Positions 1 through 13,450 of a DNA stretch of 64,000 nt are shown here, in pieces. How positions within the stretch are numbered: position 1 is the stretch's first letter; each line of letters begins with the position of its first letter. The notes under the pieces are model-generated. The model worked only from the letters and a program-made list of their open reading frames with translations. It did no database searches and was not told where the DNA came from. Made by a program: the position numbers and the translations under genes. The stretch comes from Paramecium tetraurelia (lineage: Eukaryota): contig CT868032.1 in assembly GCA_000165425.1 (NCBI GenBank), forward strand, positions 1 to 64,000, in the 5' to 3' direction.

Positions 1-292
1 TATGGTATTATTTACAATAGATTGAGAGTGAACTATTAGATTTGCAATTTTCATTCTAATATTGTATTCAGGGACAAACAGACAATTTAAAGTATAGATA
101 AAGGACAATAAATAATGTATGCACTTTATTTATCGATAGGTTGAACGATGAACGTTTCAAAACGTTTAGAAGAAAATTTAGTAAAATTAACGTAAGGAAC
201 CAGTTTCTTGGTGTGTAATTCAACAATGCTTGATGAATTCAATAGATTATTGATGATTGTTGACTCAAAAAAAAGAAAAAATAAATAAATGC

Positions 293-1858
293 TCATTTAT
301 TTTATAATTCATATATGGAATATCCTTGATTTTTGTTATCCCAATACACCAAATATTGTCCATTATTTGTGATAGTTCCATATATACTAAATGTAGCACA
401 ACTCAATTAATCAACTATATTGTATTTCCCATCATTAAATTCTCTAAGGATATAAATAATCATTTTATATCTTAGGACTATCAAATTCCTCTCTTTATTA
501 TAAATAATTGGAAAATGATATTCATCATAAATTTTATTATTTGTCAATAAATGAATAGTCTTACTCTAATTCACTTAAAAGTCTTCTTTTGTTCTTTCAA
601 AAATAAAAATTTTATCTATCTAATTAGCATTAGTTACCAAAATAAATTAATTTTCTTTAATAAATTTAACTTTATGCCCATACTCTTAAAATGGTTATGT
701 AACAAAATATTTGAATTCAAACTTATCTTCTTCTTTTCTTTCCCAAATAATAATTTAATTGTAACCTTTTGCACAGGATACTAATAAATTCTCTGATTAA
801 TTTAAACTCAAATTAACAACATCATTATTATGGTTATTGAGTGAATACAGAAATTTCAATTTATTTTGGTTAAAATCAACCTTCCAAACTTTGATAGATT
901 TATCAAAGCTTCCAGAAAATAGTAAATCTTCATTTGAATTCAATACTATACATATAACAGAATCTGTATGTTATTAATAAGGTTATGAACAATTCCATTC
1001 ATTTAAGTCCAATTGCCAGCACCTTATTGTTTTGTCTTAAGAACATGAAATTAAAGAATCTTATTTGTTACTATAAACTATGCATAATACCTAATCAGTA
1101 TGTCCTTATAAAGTATTTAATATATTAATTGTTCCATTTAGAAAACTCCATACTTTAATGTCATTCTTTTCTGTTGATACCATAATTGACCCAGTTCTAT
1201 TAAAAACTATTGCTTAACATTTTTCCCATTATTTAACAGATTAATTAATTAATTATAATTTTATCGAATATTGTTGTGATAAATTAGATTAACCGATGTT
1301 CATAATTTGTTCATAAAATTTTTACAAGTTTAATTTATCTTTATTTTGATTAAATTAGATTAAGGTCTTGCTTAGCTTTGTTATCCAAGATTTATTAATA
1401 GTAGTAATGAGCTTGATGTGAGAATCAAGATTTTTATTCTCTTTATTAATAAGGTTATCTAACTCATCATAGAAACTGTATTAATTGAACTTTTATCTTT
1501 ATGATTATAAATTTTAAGTCCAATCTTCAGCTGTTCTAATGATTGAGTCAAATAATTTCATAAAGTGTCTCTTTATTTCCTATACACTAGTTATACACAG
1601 TTTTATTTTTTGAATTGTGTTTGAAGTAATAGCTTCTAAGGTTCTCACATTAGTTTCAATAACATCCTCAATTTTCTTGATTATTATTTTTATTCCAACA
1701 ACCCTGGCATCTGTTTATAAAATCTACATGCAACTGCTGCACCAAATCCTTTGTTTCCTTTCAATATTTTCATCAAGCACAACCAACTTATTTTTATCTT
1801 CGTGTTTATTTACACAATGAAAATCTTTTTCATCTTCTATCATTTAGGGTTTAAACAT
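293..1858 (-). CDS. WD40-repeat protein, Paramecium expanded family with Cys/His N-terminus (MFKPQMIEDEKDFHC..H..C..C), intronless, 521 aa
   Basis: Open frame in table 6 from ATG 1858 to TGA 293 (1566 nt). WD repeats such as GHTDQVLCIVYS..SCSQDKTIRCW and HTDSVICIVLN..SGSFDKSIKVW. Confidence 0.88.
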
Positions 1859-2019
1859 TTAATTGAAACAATAAAATTTATTGATTGAGTAATAATATTT
1901 TAAATCAGATTAGAACATAAAATTTATAAAAGTGATTACCTCATCAATACTTAAAAGGGGTATTTAATATTTTTAATGATCAAAAATGCTCTATTCAACT
2001 ATCATATTATCTACTAAAT

Positions 2020-2880
2020 GAAACTAGTTGAGGGCTTTGAGAAAATTCATAAATTATCTCTCCTTTATGGTTGAACTTCTTATAGATTGCTTGAGCAGGA
2101 TTTATTCTACTTAACAAGGCAAGATAGAGTTAAATAAAGAATTTAGATCCAAAATATTCAAACAAAGAAGAAATAAAGCTGATAAAAGCAGATTGTAATC
2201 CAAATGAATAAAAATTTAATATTTAATGTTGAATTTCTTAATTGGATCAAAACCACACTTTAATTGTACTTTCCCTTATATTCCCCCATAGGAAATTGCT
2301 GAATTATAAATGTATATTACAACTTATTAAAATAATTAGTTTAATTATGATTACACTGATCCTTATTAAATTAAATATGAAGCTTAATTAAAATCCAAAA
2401 TCTTGCGTCAAGTTTTAGATAATATACCTAATTATTGATGAATGAAATTGATTTGGATGGAAAATGAAGTTGAATATTCATTCATTAGATTAAGTCGATA
2501 ACATAAAACGTTGAGGTATTCAATCAAAAAATTCTTTTTGGATCATAGTGTTAGAAATACTGAAGCATTATACATTTTGTCTGTATCACTTATAAAATGG
2601 AGTAGATAAAAAGAAAGCGCCCACATTGGTAAAATTATTGAAAAATATATTATAAGATCTTGCTGAAGGAAATATTACTACCAATAAGAATCAAGGAGAT
2701 TTGAAGATATTTTAATTGATTAAAAGACAAAAAGAGACAAGCAAATCTAACGAGCCAATAAGACTTTGGAAAGAAGCATCAAAAAAGAATGTGAAAATAT
2801 AATGCCACAGCAATTATTATCCTAAAAATTGGATTATTACTACTATAAATTATGCGGAATTAAACTGTTCGTGATTCAAA
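2020..2880 (+). pseudogene. Degenerate coding relic, family not identified
   Basis: Stretches of plausible ciliate codons (FPYIPPQEIAELQMYI..LRQVLDNIPNY) broken by in-frame TGA codons and frame changes. Confidence 0.3.
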
Positions 2881-3291
2881 TACTCCTGTCTATGAAGTTT
2901 CCTCAATATTTTAAATTAATAATTAATTCTTCGTATTTTATTACAATATAATATATAAGAATGCAATTAAAATACTTAAATAATTCATTCCCTTTAAGCT
3001 TTAATAAAAAAATAGGAATAAGACATTTTTATAACCATCATCACTTGAGGTCTGAATATTTTCAAATTCAATATTTTTATAATTCTCTAATAAATTTATA
3101 GTTTAAGATCTAGAGATTTCAAAAAGTACCAAAATAATCAAAACACTCATGGGATTAGAGAGTTAGGTTTTAGAGGAATATAAGGTTTAGAATAGATATT
3201 AAGGATAGTTTTATAAAAGACCTCGCAACTATTTGCTTAGAACCATATTAGCAACCGATTTAAGTAAAAAATTTGCCTAAACCTATGATAA

Positions 3292-3340
3292 ATTCATGTA
3301 TTTTGTAAAAATGATGGTAATTTTTACAAAATACATGAAT
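3292..3340. repeat. Perfect 21-bp inverted repeat with 7-nt loop
   Basis: attcatgtattttgtaaaaat (3292-3312), loop gatggta, atttttacaaaatacatgaat (3320-3340); the arms are exact reverse complements. Confidence 0.95.
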
Positions 3341-5548
3341 GCCCCAAATTACAACAATCATTTGACCTAATATAATACATTTGGTGTTAAATATCTTGAT
3401 ATACATAATAATGTAATAACTATTATTATTTTTCATTATTTATTAAATCTATATATATATATATATAACTACTACGTCCTTCTCCAAAATCAAATTCGAA
3501 TTCAATTAGCAATCGCAGCCATCTTATCTCAGACTAGCTTATCAGACTTCATAGATCGAACTTTTTTATTTTCAAAAAGATAATAAAATAATCAATTCTA
3601 ATTATGATGATGATCTTAAATAAAATCGATGACACGTTTATCGAGATCAGTAAATTTAAGTATTATAAGGAAATTGATCTTTAATGATAACTATTGTTTG
3701 TTCTTTACCACAAATCAAATTTCTCTTACTTTGTATCAGAACAGGAGAATATGTTTAAATTTAATTGTTAAGCTCAACTGTTACAGTTCGGTCTATTTCT
3801 AGAGAACAGCAATTAATTTATATCTTATTCTAATTTCAGAATGAACTTTTGCAATTATGAACTAAATTAAATTACTCTTAAATTAATTAAAGCATAAAAT
3901 TTGAAATCTAATCAATATAGTTAATCTTTATTTTTACACCACAGGTTGGTTTTATTTAAAAACAAGTCTTCAAATTATTGAGAAAATAGATTGGACTAAT
4001 TAGCACAATATAAAGATTTGATTAAATTATTATTATCTAAATTCTCATTTAGGTGCTATTTAACAAATTTCCAAAGGCAAATGCATACAAATACTTGTTA
4101 AGGCTGGTAAATTACAATAAGATATCAACAACAACAGATTCGCCATATATCCACCCTTCGAAAAATACCTCCTTATTTTGATTTCAAATTAGATAAAGTC
4201 TACTTTCTACCTTCTATTCCTCCTTCTGCTTACAATAATTGCATTCCATGATAAAAATATTTAAATTGGTTTCTTCTATTTAGTTCCACAAATATAATAT
4301 ATCCTCCTTCATCTTCTAAAACAGTCAAACCTTAGGATTAATTCTTACATGCATGCTTACTGTGCATCTATTTTCTTTTTACTGAACATTAAGTCTGAAC
4401 CATAATCTCGAACCATTATAAGTATTTTATCATTAATCTCTAAATATAATTAAATTTATTAGTATATTACCCCACTTTAAATGATATAAAATATATCACA
4501 TTTATTATTAAATAATAGATCATATTATTATATATTTTAATTTTTCATTCTTAATAAATAAAGGCTTTTCAGTGACTCAGTTAGGAGTGTGATAGAATTA
4601 GGGAATTTTTTCTTTGATTGTGCTTAGATTAATTCTCATTTAGGAAGAACACTTTTACAAGTATTTTCAATTACTCCAATATATTAATATTGAAAGATAT
4701 AAACTATAATAATTTAAAGAATTATCTCAAATTAACCAGAAAGTGCTTACATCAGAAATATAGATTATAAATTTAAGTAATTGTTCTGATCCTTTTGGAG
4801 GATAAGCTTATGATTATTTCAACATTTAAAATCGTATGGTAATATAGACAATATTAGAAATGATAACATTGCTTTTCACTTTAAGAAGTTATTTACTTTC
4901 ATAAAAAGAACCAATCCATAAATTAAATCAAAAGTTAGTTAAACTCTATACCATGTTGGGTCCTAACAAGGGATTTATCATAATATACATAATACAAGGC
5001 ATAAGATTACTTCTTTTTGTGAATGGTACATAATATATCGCTAATGATATCATATCAGTTACCCATTAATACAAGAAACAATGTTGTCAATATTAATGAA
5101 AATTGTGATTGTATCACTTCAAAACTTTTATATCATAACATTATCACTATGAGATAACTTTATTTATAATAAAAAGAAATCTCCTGAATTCCAAACCCCC
5201 TTTATCTATCCATTCAATCTTAATAGGAAAATGATTTCATATCCTCTTAATGGAAAAGATAATTGAATTTAAGTAGATTAATACCTATCAAAAAATAAAT
5301 GATTCTAATTTAGTTGAATTAGCGTAATCCTTAAGCAACACATTAAGTTGTTCAATTGAGGTACATCCACTACTAGTAATATAAACAATATTAATAATAG
5401 CGATTTTTGAGAAGAGTCTTTTACTTACTCTAATTAAAGATCATTGCTTAGCCTTTAGATCATAAAATCTATTCAGAATCAGCATTCATTTGACCATCCA
5501 TAAGGCCAACAATGTTATATTGTAATATATTATAATGAATGGTAGTAG

Positions 5549-5698
5549 NNNNNNNNNNNNNNNNNNNNNNNNNNNNNNNNNNNNNNNNNNNNNNNNNNNN
5601 NNNNNNNNNNNNNNNNNNNNNNNNNNNNNNNNNNNNNNNNNNNNNNNNNNNNNNNNNNNNNNNNNNNNNNNNNNNNNNNNNNNNNNNNNNNNNNNNNN
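5549..5698. other. Assembly gap (150 N)
   Basis: Run of N. Confidence 1.
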
Positions 5699-7369
5699 TC
5701 AACTAATAAAACACACTTGAAAGCAATTTAATTGCAACTCCAAACCAACTCTTGCCTTTAAGGCCGTATGGATAAGAAAGAAATAGAACAAATGGGTAGC
5801 CTATGTAGCCAGTGCCTCTCACTTGATGGAAAATTAATTAAAAGAGATGAGAAACGCCCCTGGTAACTCAAATTATTTAATTCACAATTCTTTAAATATT
5901 TATTACTTTAATCCACTAATCTCAGGTCATGGTGAATAACGTCTGAAGAGATAATTAACCTGATAAGAGTTAAGAATTAAATTATCTAATTAATTAAAAT
6001 CTTAGGTATCTTTGAATCATCAATTTGAGCTAAAAGTTAAGAGATCATGTAAACTCAAATTACGGAAGATTATTGTATAGAATACAGCTTACAATAATAG
6101 AAAAAACCACATAAATTAATAAATAGTGACTATTTTTGTGTAATACTTAGCTTACCTTAATAATAATTATGATTAAATTGGTTAATTGTGAGATTGAAGA
6201 TACTGTCCTGAAAGTTTTTGGTTATTTCAATCTATGTAGAGTTTTCAAACGGGAAAGACTATGAAATTATTGTTGTAATTAAATGCATTCCTCAGTTTAT
6301 TATTAGAGATTGGCTGAAGTTCATTGAGCATAAATTAACAATTAACAAGTTTGAATTTGCCTAAATCTTCAATGTAAGTGTTGATAGTTTCTATAACATT
6401 AAAATATCACGACTTCAACTTCTTTTCTAGGAACTCTCTTTGACGATATACGGCATTTACACTTCAGAGACCTTCTGCCCTTTAATGGCATTAGATGTGG
6501 TTCTCAAATGAGAGAGGATATATCAATTAAAAATATTATTATAAATAACCATAAAGTCAAATGTCCATATTAAAGTGATTGAAATATTCACCTTATAGAG
6601 GAAATGCAATAAGCATTCAAAAAATATATGATCTTTTTTATATACCCTAGAAATTTATTTTACGGAAAGTGGATTGATGAGAGTTATGATTTGCAAAGAT
6701 TTTAATCATCAAAAGGTTGAGTTTTGATGGGTTCTTTAAAATTATGGAGCTTCGAGGTAAATAGTTTATATAAAAATAACGGAGCGTACGAAAACTTCTT
6801 CATTAGGCTATCCTGATTTTACAATAATCAAAAAAATGAGAGTAGTATGATAAAATTTGCAAGATTTATTATTAAAAAGATCAATCTTTCAGTAGTGAAA
6901 CAATATCCATATATTTTAAAATTAAACTAAAATGAATTTGAATTAGTCTCATTCTGAAAAGGGGCATTTCAAAATTTTCTTATGTTCCACATTCAAAGTT
7001 ATAAAAATTTAACACGCTAAAATGTTGCTAGGATTAAAATCAAAAGAATTTACATCTACTTTGTCAATATATTAAATAGAAAAAAAATTATGAAATTTCT
7101 CTATAGGTTAAGTTGGGAGCTTAATAAAAATCCTAATTTTTAATCTCAATTCACTGAAATACAGAATTATTTATCATAAGAAATATTGCATGAGCTGTTT
7201 TCTGATAGCAAAATCAAAATAAATCTAAACTTATGTAAAGACTATCAAAAGTATCTTAATTAAGTCCTTTAGTAGAGTATAAATAAGTTAAATAATTATT
7301 TAAAGTTGGTTGAAGAATATCATTTTTTGTATATTTAATTCTTTATAAAAATAAAAAGTGAAATTTTGT

Positions 7370-9975
7370 ATGGCTTGCTTAATTACATAAAATGAGGAAA
7401 TAAAGCTTGCGTTATTGAATATAGTTTGTGAATACAAACAATTTTCAACTCAAATGATAAACAGGCAACATGAAGAAGTAAAAAAAGCTGAAACAAGTTC
7501 AATATTTCTAAATTATTTCTTTTAGTTTTAAGAAATAACAGAATAAAATGGTTAAGAAGAAATATGCCAGAAATTAAAAATTAATACATTGCTAATTAAA
7601 CTCAAAAAGTAATATTAATATAATAAATAGGGTGTATTAATTTCTGAGAATTCCAATCGCCAAAATGAGCCCCTATAAAAGCAGAATACTTGCACTGATT
7701 AAACAACCGGAAACGGCGATGATAATGATCAAATTTATGGTTAGAAATTATCAGGCATTTTTAAGGAACCTTTTTATAAGAAATAGAAAATTTCCTAAAA
7801 GCCAACCATTTTAGTTTGATCCCAACGTAAGAAAAAATGAATTTCAATAAAAGTATATAACTCAATTAAATTATATAAGGAGAGGCTTTACATTTAATCG
7901 AATAGAATCGATTAGAGGAAGCTTTGGTTGTGATTGACGAGGCAATTAAGAAAGACTCTAGTAATCCAAGAAATTATGAATTAAAATGTAGAAATAATAA
8001 ATGATTTCCAGCAAATGTATTACTATTTATGAACCGGCTTACAGAGTCACTAGAATTTGCAGAAAAAGCAATAAAAAATGATATCTAAAATGCTAAAAAT
8101 TATGCAAGAAAAGGTTAATATTATTAATTATATTCAATTAGCTTACATATTACTATAGCTCAAAAGAGGTTTAGATGCTTTAGAGTATTTCAATATAGCT
8201 ATTTAAAAAGACCCTGATGAATATGAATTCGAAGTTGGAAAAGGTATCCATCAATTTAAATTAGCAAATGCTTTATTACATTTGAATAAATTTGATGAAT
8301 GTTAAGCTAGTTATGATGTTGCCATATAAAAGAGCAACAATAAACCAGAAATATATTCAGAAAAGGGTAAATATATATTATAAAATTAAAGCTAATGCAT
8401 TAAGAATACAAAAAAAACACAAAGATGCTTTGATTTCATATGGTAAGGCTATTGAGCTGGATTCTTAATAACCTAGTTTTCATTCAGGAAAAGGTTGAAT
8501 TATATTTCAAAAATATAGCTCATACCTTACAAGAAATGAATCGGTTTGAAGAAGCCTTATTAGAATGGTAAAAAGCAATTGATTTAGAGCCTTCTAATTC
8601 TAATTATTATTCTGGAAGAGGTAAATTAATCTTTTTATTTTAGCATACACTTTAAGATAGTTGAATCGAAATGAAGAAGCCGTAATATCTTACGATTTAG
8701 CTATTCAAAGGAATCCTTAAAACTATGAGCATCACTCAGGAAAAGGTTAAATTAATAATTTTGAAATTAAGCCTATTCGCTAAGATAATTGCAAAGAAAC
8801 ATAGAAGCCATAGATTCTTTCGATTCTGCAATAAGCCTCTATGCTGATGATGCATATATCTATGCATAAAAAGGTTGAGCAATCATAAACTGAAAATTAG
8901 GCCTCGCCTTAAGAGAGATGATTCGCTATCCAGAAGCTGTCAAATGTTTCGAACAAGCTATTGAAAAAAATCCAGAAGATTATGAGTACTTTATTCATAA
9001 AGGTTTTTCTTAAAACTTATGAATTAGCTGACACTTTAAGAGCCATGAATAAGGCCAAGGAGGCTCTGGATTCTTATAATCAAGCTATTCAAAGATTTCC
9101 TCAAGATGAAAGAATTTACGGAGCAAAAGGTAAACTAACCTAATACTCTTTATAGCATAGGCATTACGTCTTCAGAAAAATTATGATGAAGCTCTGAAAT
9201 ACTTTGATAAAGCAATTTAAATGAATCCGGAAAATCCAAGTTTTTATGCAGGAAAAGGTTGATACTAATAAATTCCAAAATAGGTGACACTCTAAGAGAT
9301 CTGAATCGTTATCAGGATTGTTTAAAATATTTTGATCAAGCAATTCACTACCATCCTGAAAATTCATTTTATTATGGAGCCAAAGGTAGAACTTATTTAA
9401 TAATTAAAGCGGATGCATTACGACACCTCGATCAATTTGATGAAGCGCTAAAATATGCCAACCTTGCTATAAATTGGAATCCAAATCTAGCTGATAATTA
9501 TGAGCTAAAAGGTAAATCACTATTTGTCAAATACTAGCAAACATTTTAAAATTCTAGCTAAAGATTGATGAGGCTTTGAAAAATTTTGACAAGGCAATTA
9601 AAATAAATCCTGAACCTTCTAAATACTATGCAGAAAAAGGTATTACTAAATTAATTTATAATAACTTCAGCTGATACTTTAAGAGCGGTTAATCGAAATG
9701 AAGAAGCCTTGAAATCTTGCGAAATTGCTCTTAATAAAGAACCATATAACCACAATTATATTGTAATTAAAAGTATAAATGAATTTATTTACTTAGTGAT
9801 TACTTTATTATAGATGTGTCGCTGGAAAGAATCATCAGAATTATATAAAATATTAAAATAAACATATCCAAATTAGGAATTTCTGAATCATATAAATTGT
9901 AAATATACAAAGATATTTTTAGGGAATATAATAATTTAAATGGAGTAATGTCTTAAAAGATTGGTCAATGATTGA
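7370..9975 (+). CDS. Tetratricopeptide-repeat (TPR) protein, about 16 repeats, 20 introns
   Basis: Spliced table-6 frame from ATG 7370 to TGA 9973-9975. Repeats such as ADTLRAMNKAKEALDSYNQAIQRFPQDERIYGAK and GDTLRDLNRYQDCLKYFDQAIHYHPENSFYYGAK match the 34-aa TPR consensus. 5' exons are less certain. Confidence 0.88.
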
Positions 9976-10811
9976 AATATATTTCAAAAGAAATATAAAT
10001 ATATTTATCATTAGAAAATAACTTATACATTCATCTAACTGAATACTAAAGCTTTAAATTGTAGTAAGTATTATACTCAATATTTGGTGTGGTTGCCACA
10101 TTCAAATTATTCATTATTTAATAAAATACCAAGTTTTATCCCCTCTATCGTGTATTAATAGATGATCTTCTTTTTCTAAAGACACTTTACACACTACAAA
10201 CAGCTTAAAATATTCATAACCAATTACTCTTCTACAGCTTTGTATAAAAACTATATTATCAAATTTTCACCTTTGTTCCTTTCTTTAAATGTCTTTAGTT
10301 AAATTTCGACATTCATTTTTTTAATCTCTCAGGTTTGATATAGTTATTATTCATTATCCATTATTGCTTAGTAAAGTGTTTAAATCTTCCTGCTCTCCAT
10401 ATTAATTTTTTACTATCCAATCAGCCAATCAATCAGATCAAACCCAAACATCTATTTCATAGAGCTATTAGCAAATCATATTAGTCTACAAACTTAACTT
10501 TCAATTGGCCAAAACCTAAACATAAATAACCAAGAAAAAAAAAGTTTAGTAGTGTGCCTATTCAATAGAAGTAGCTTAAAAATTTAAATTATTATTAATT
10601 AACCAATGGTTTTATACAGTTTCAAGTGAAACTAAAACGATCAATCTAGAGTATAAGTCCATAAATATACTCATCTAAACTCTGTTATTGATTGATTAGA
10701 GATGTCAAAGGTGTGCTTCTGATAGATTTGAATTATTCTTTCAAAGTAATTAATAATAAATTAAGATATTAAGATATTAAAATTATTATATTTATATTTT
10801 TGTATATGAAA

Positions 10812-11453
10812 TCAAAATATTAGGCACTTTTCTTTTCCATCGCTTTTTTTACTTGAGGCATTTTAAGAGTTGACACCTTTACCTAAAGCTACATTTCTAA
10901 TTGCCAAGTCAAAAATCTCTTTAACACCTTCCTATGTTTATGTAGAACATTCTAGATACTAACATTGTAATTAATTTATGTTTGACTTAGCCTTATAATT
11001 ATAGAAATATATGTACTGCTTCATACTAAACATGATTTGGATTTGCTACATTTCTCATGTCTTTATTATTTCCAACAAATATTTTTGGTACTTATTTTAA
11101 TTCAGGAGTTTCCACTTCTTAGTACCATTTATTGATTGCATTTTTAGAAGCTTTCTTGATCAATAACTGAGAAGATGATTAAAAAGACATCAGCCTTACC
11201 ATAACTCAATTACCTTAGTCTGTTATATGTTTCTTATCCTGCAGTATCCCATAAACTTAAATTAACTGTCTTGCCTTCAAAAGCTGTTTAAATCGTATAA
11301 TTTTCAAACACCTAAGGGACAAAATCTTGTGTTAAATGATCCTTTAAATAACTAAAGTTGAATAAACAAATACCTCAACAGAATGTCATGTTTGCCAACA
11401 CCACCATCACCTAAGGCAACTAACTTTATTGAAATTGAATTTTTTTCAGACAT
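10812..11453 (-). pseudogene. Rho/Rac-family small GTPase, degenerate (frameshift in T5 run near 11141-11145)
   Basis: IKLVALGDGGVGK, VFENY, LSLWDTAGQETYNRLR, YLECS and C-terminal CAAX CLIF; two tiny introns. One extra base breaks the frame. Confidence 0.8.
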
Positions 11454-11709
11454 CACACAAAATTTATATTTAATAATTATATATATCCTTTGAATATGTT
11501 AAGTAATGCTGAAAGGCTGTTGTAAAATTAATATTTGAGAAGGTGTACTGAGTGAAATCCTAAATTATGGTCTGCTTTTGGTTCTATCGTAATGAATACG
11601 ATCATGTTATAATTTAAAAAAAAATCGAAGAAAATGCACAAAATTTAATACATATATAAAATAATTAATAACAATATAAAAATATACATCAAATAAATTT
11701 CTCTCGCGT

Positions 11710-11900
11710 ATAATGATCTCCTATATTGCTTTTCATACTTTGATGTACACAGAGCTTGACATTAGAATAATGATGTTAATTTCAATCAATCTATGAAATA
11801 TTAAACTCTAAAATAGTTAATGAATTGATTTTGGCAAGAGCGATGGCCATAATTTATTTATAGCTTTGAGCTCTGCCTTTAATTTGCTACTTTAGTGTTT
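11710..11900 (+). pseudogene. Degenerate coding relic, duplicated at ~18180-18360
   Basis: Close sequence match between the two copies; no intact frame. Confidence 0.35.
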
Positions 11901-13450
11901 TCCAAATAGCATTTGAGAATGTAATATCTGTATCATGTTTTAAGAAGTGATTTAGCTGCTGAATTTTTGAAAATGGGAAAAGTTTTAAGAAGTTACATTT
12001 AAAAACCTCAACACATCTAATAAATATAAATTTTAATAACAATCGCAAGCTATTTTAATATTATATTTTATTGACTAATAGATTTTATGATTTTGAAATT
12101 AAGGGTAATTATGCATTATAAACTTCATTAAAAGGCATGGTTATATTCCTTCTCAAAAATAGTTTATAGAGAAACGAACATTGATTAGCGCAGACTTTTA
12201 ATATAGAAAATTCAATTTTAAGAATGTTTAGATAAAATAATAATCGTATAAGTGGATCTATTTTATTCATTACTATCGATGTCAAGCCTAATAATATTAT
12301 TTCTAAACTTATAGACCAAAACTGTAGATTTAAGAGAACTCATATTAATTACAAATTACAATTTATACTTATATATATTAACAAAAGGAAAATTCGATAT
12401 TACAATTTCTCTAATTTATATTGTAATAAATAAAAATCATAATAAAATATTAATTCTTAATATTCCAATTGAGGCTGAAGCTTTAGAGATTCATTTTTAT
12501 TAATTATTTATAGAGTCTTTAGCGTAAAAAAAATATTAATCATATATAATCTCACAAGAATTTAATAATTCAAACTAAAATATTTTCAAACTATTTGAAT
12601 ATATACATAATTCATTTTTGGAAACAACTAAATTAGACTATTGATATCCAAATTTAACTACTTGACATTAAATTGATGTATATCAACCTAAAGATGGATT
12701 ATGTTATTTGATTTTTTATGTATTTATTATTAGAAAAAGCAAAAATAGTTTTCAATCTAATATTAAATCAAGATCATCTTGCATAATAAGACTATCTTTC
12801 TTTACTAATATATTCCAATAATATTACATTATATTATTTCTGTATAAAAACAATTAAGAGTACATAAACTGATTTTTTGAATTGTAAAATAGTGGAAAAT
12901 AAAAAAATTGGTTTATTCTTTTTCTCTACCTATCTTCAAAGAGCTGATGAAAGGATTAATTATATTCCATAAAGATGTTTGACAATTTACTAGATCTGTT
13001 TTTATTCTTGCTGGAAAACATAAATGATTTAAATATATTGCCAAAGAGATGCAAAAAAAGAAATAAGTAAAATAATAACTAATGTTTCAAAATATTTGTC
13101 CCATTCAAAAAACTCCTTAGGATAGATATTAGGCCACTGAATTAATCGAATCTCTATGAAATTTGAAATAAGCAATTCTGATTTATTAAGAATTGAGAAT
13201 TTATTTTAAAATAAAGAATAAATTTATTTCCTTGAGGTAAGTGGAAGGCTTTTGTTTATTTAACTGGATTTGAAAATTTAAGTTGAAGTAATTCAAAATA
13301 AATTCAAAGCAAACTTGATTGTTACATAAATTAAAAAAATTTATATTGCTAATCAATAATAAATTCGACCAAACACCTCAAATTTGGTTCATATTTGCTG
13401 AATTTCTTATTCATTTTCAAAATTAAAATTAACTTTAAACGATACATCAA

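Noticed and set aside
3470..7320. Coding-like fragments, including MGSLCSQC at ~5792
   Set aside because: Could not build a spliced frame without TGA stops or assign a family; probably relics.
7853..9922. ~127-nt periodicity resembling a CRISPR-like or satellite array
   Set aside because: Explained by a 102-nt TPR exon plus a ~25-nt intron; there is no identical direct repeat and no cas gene, and the DNA is eukaryotic.
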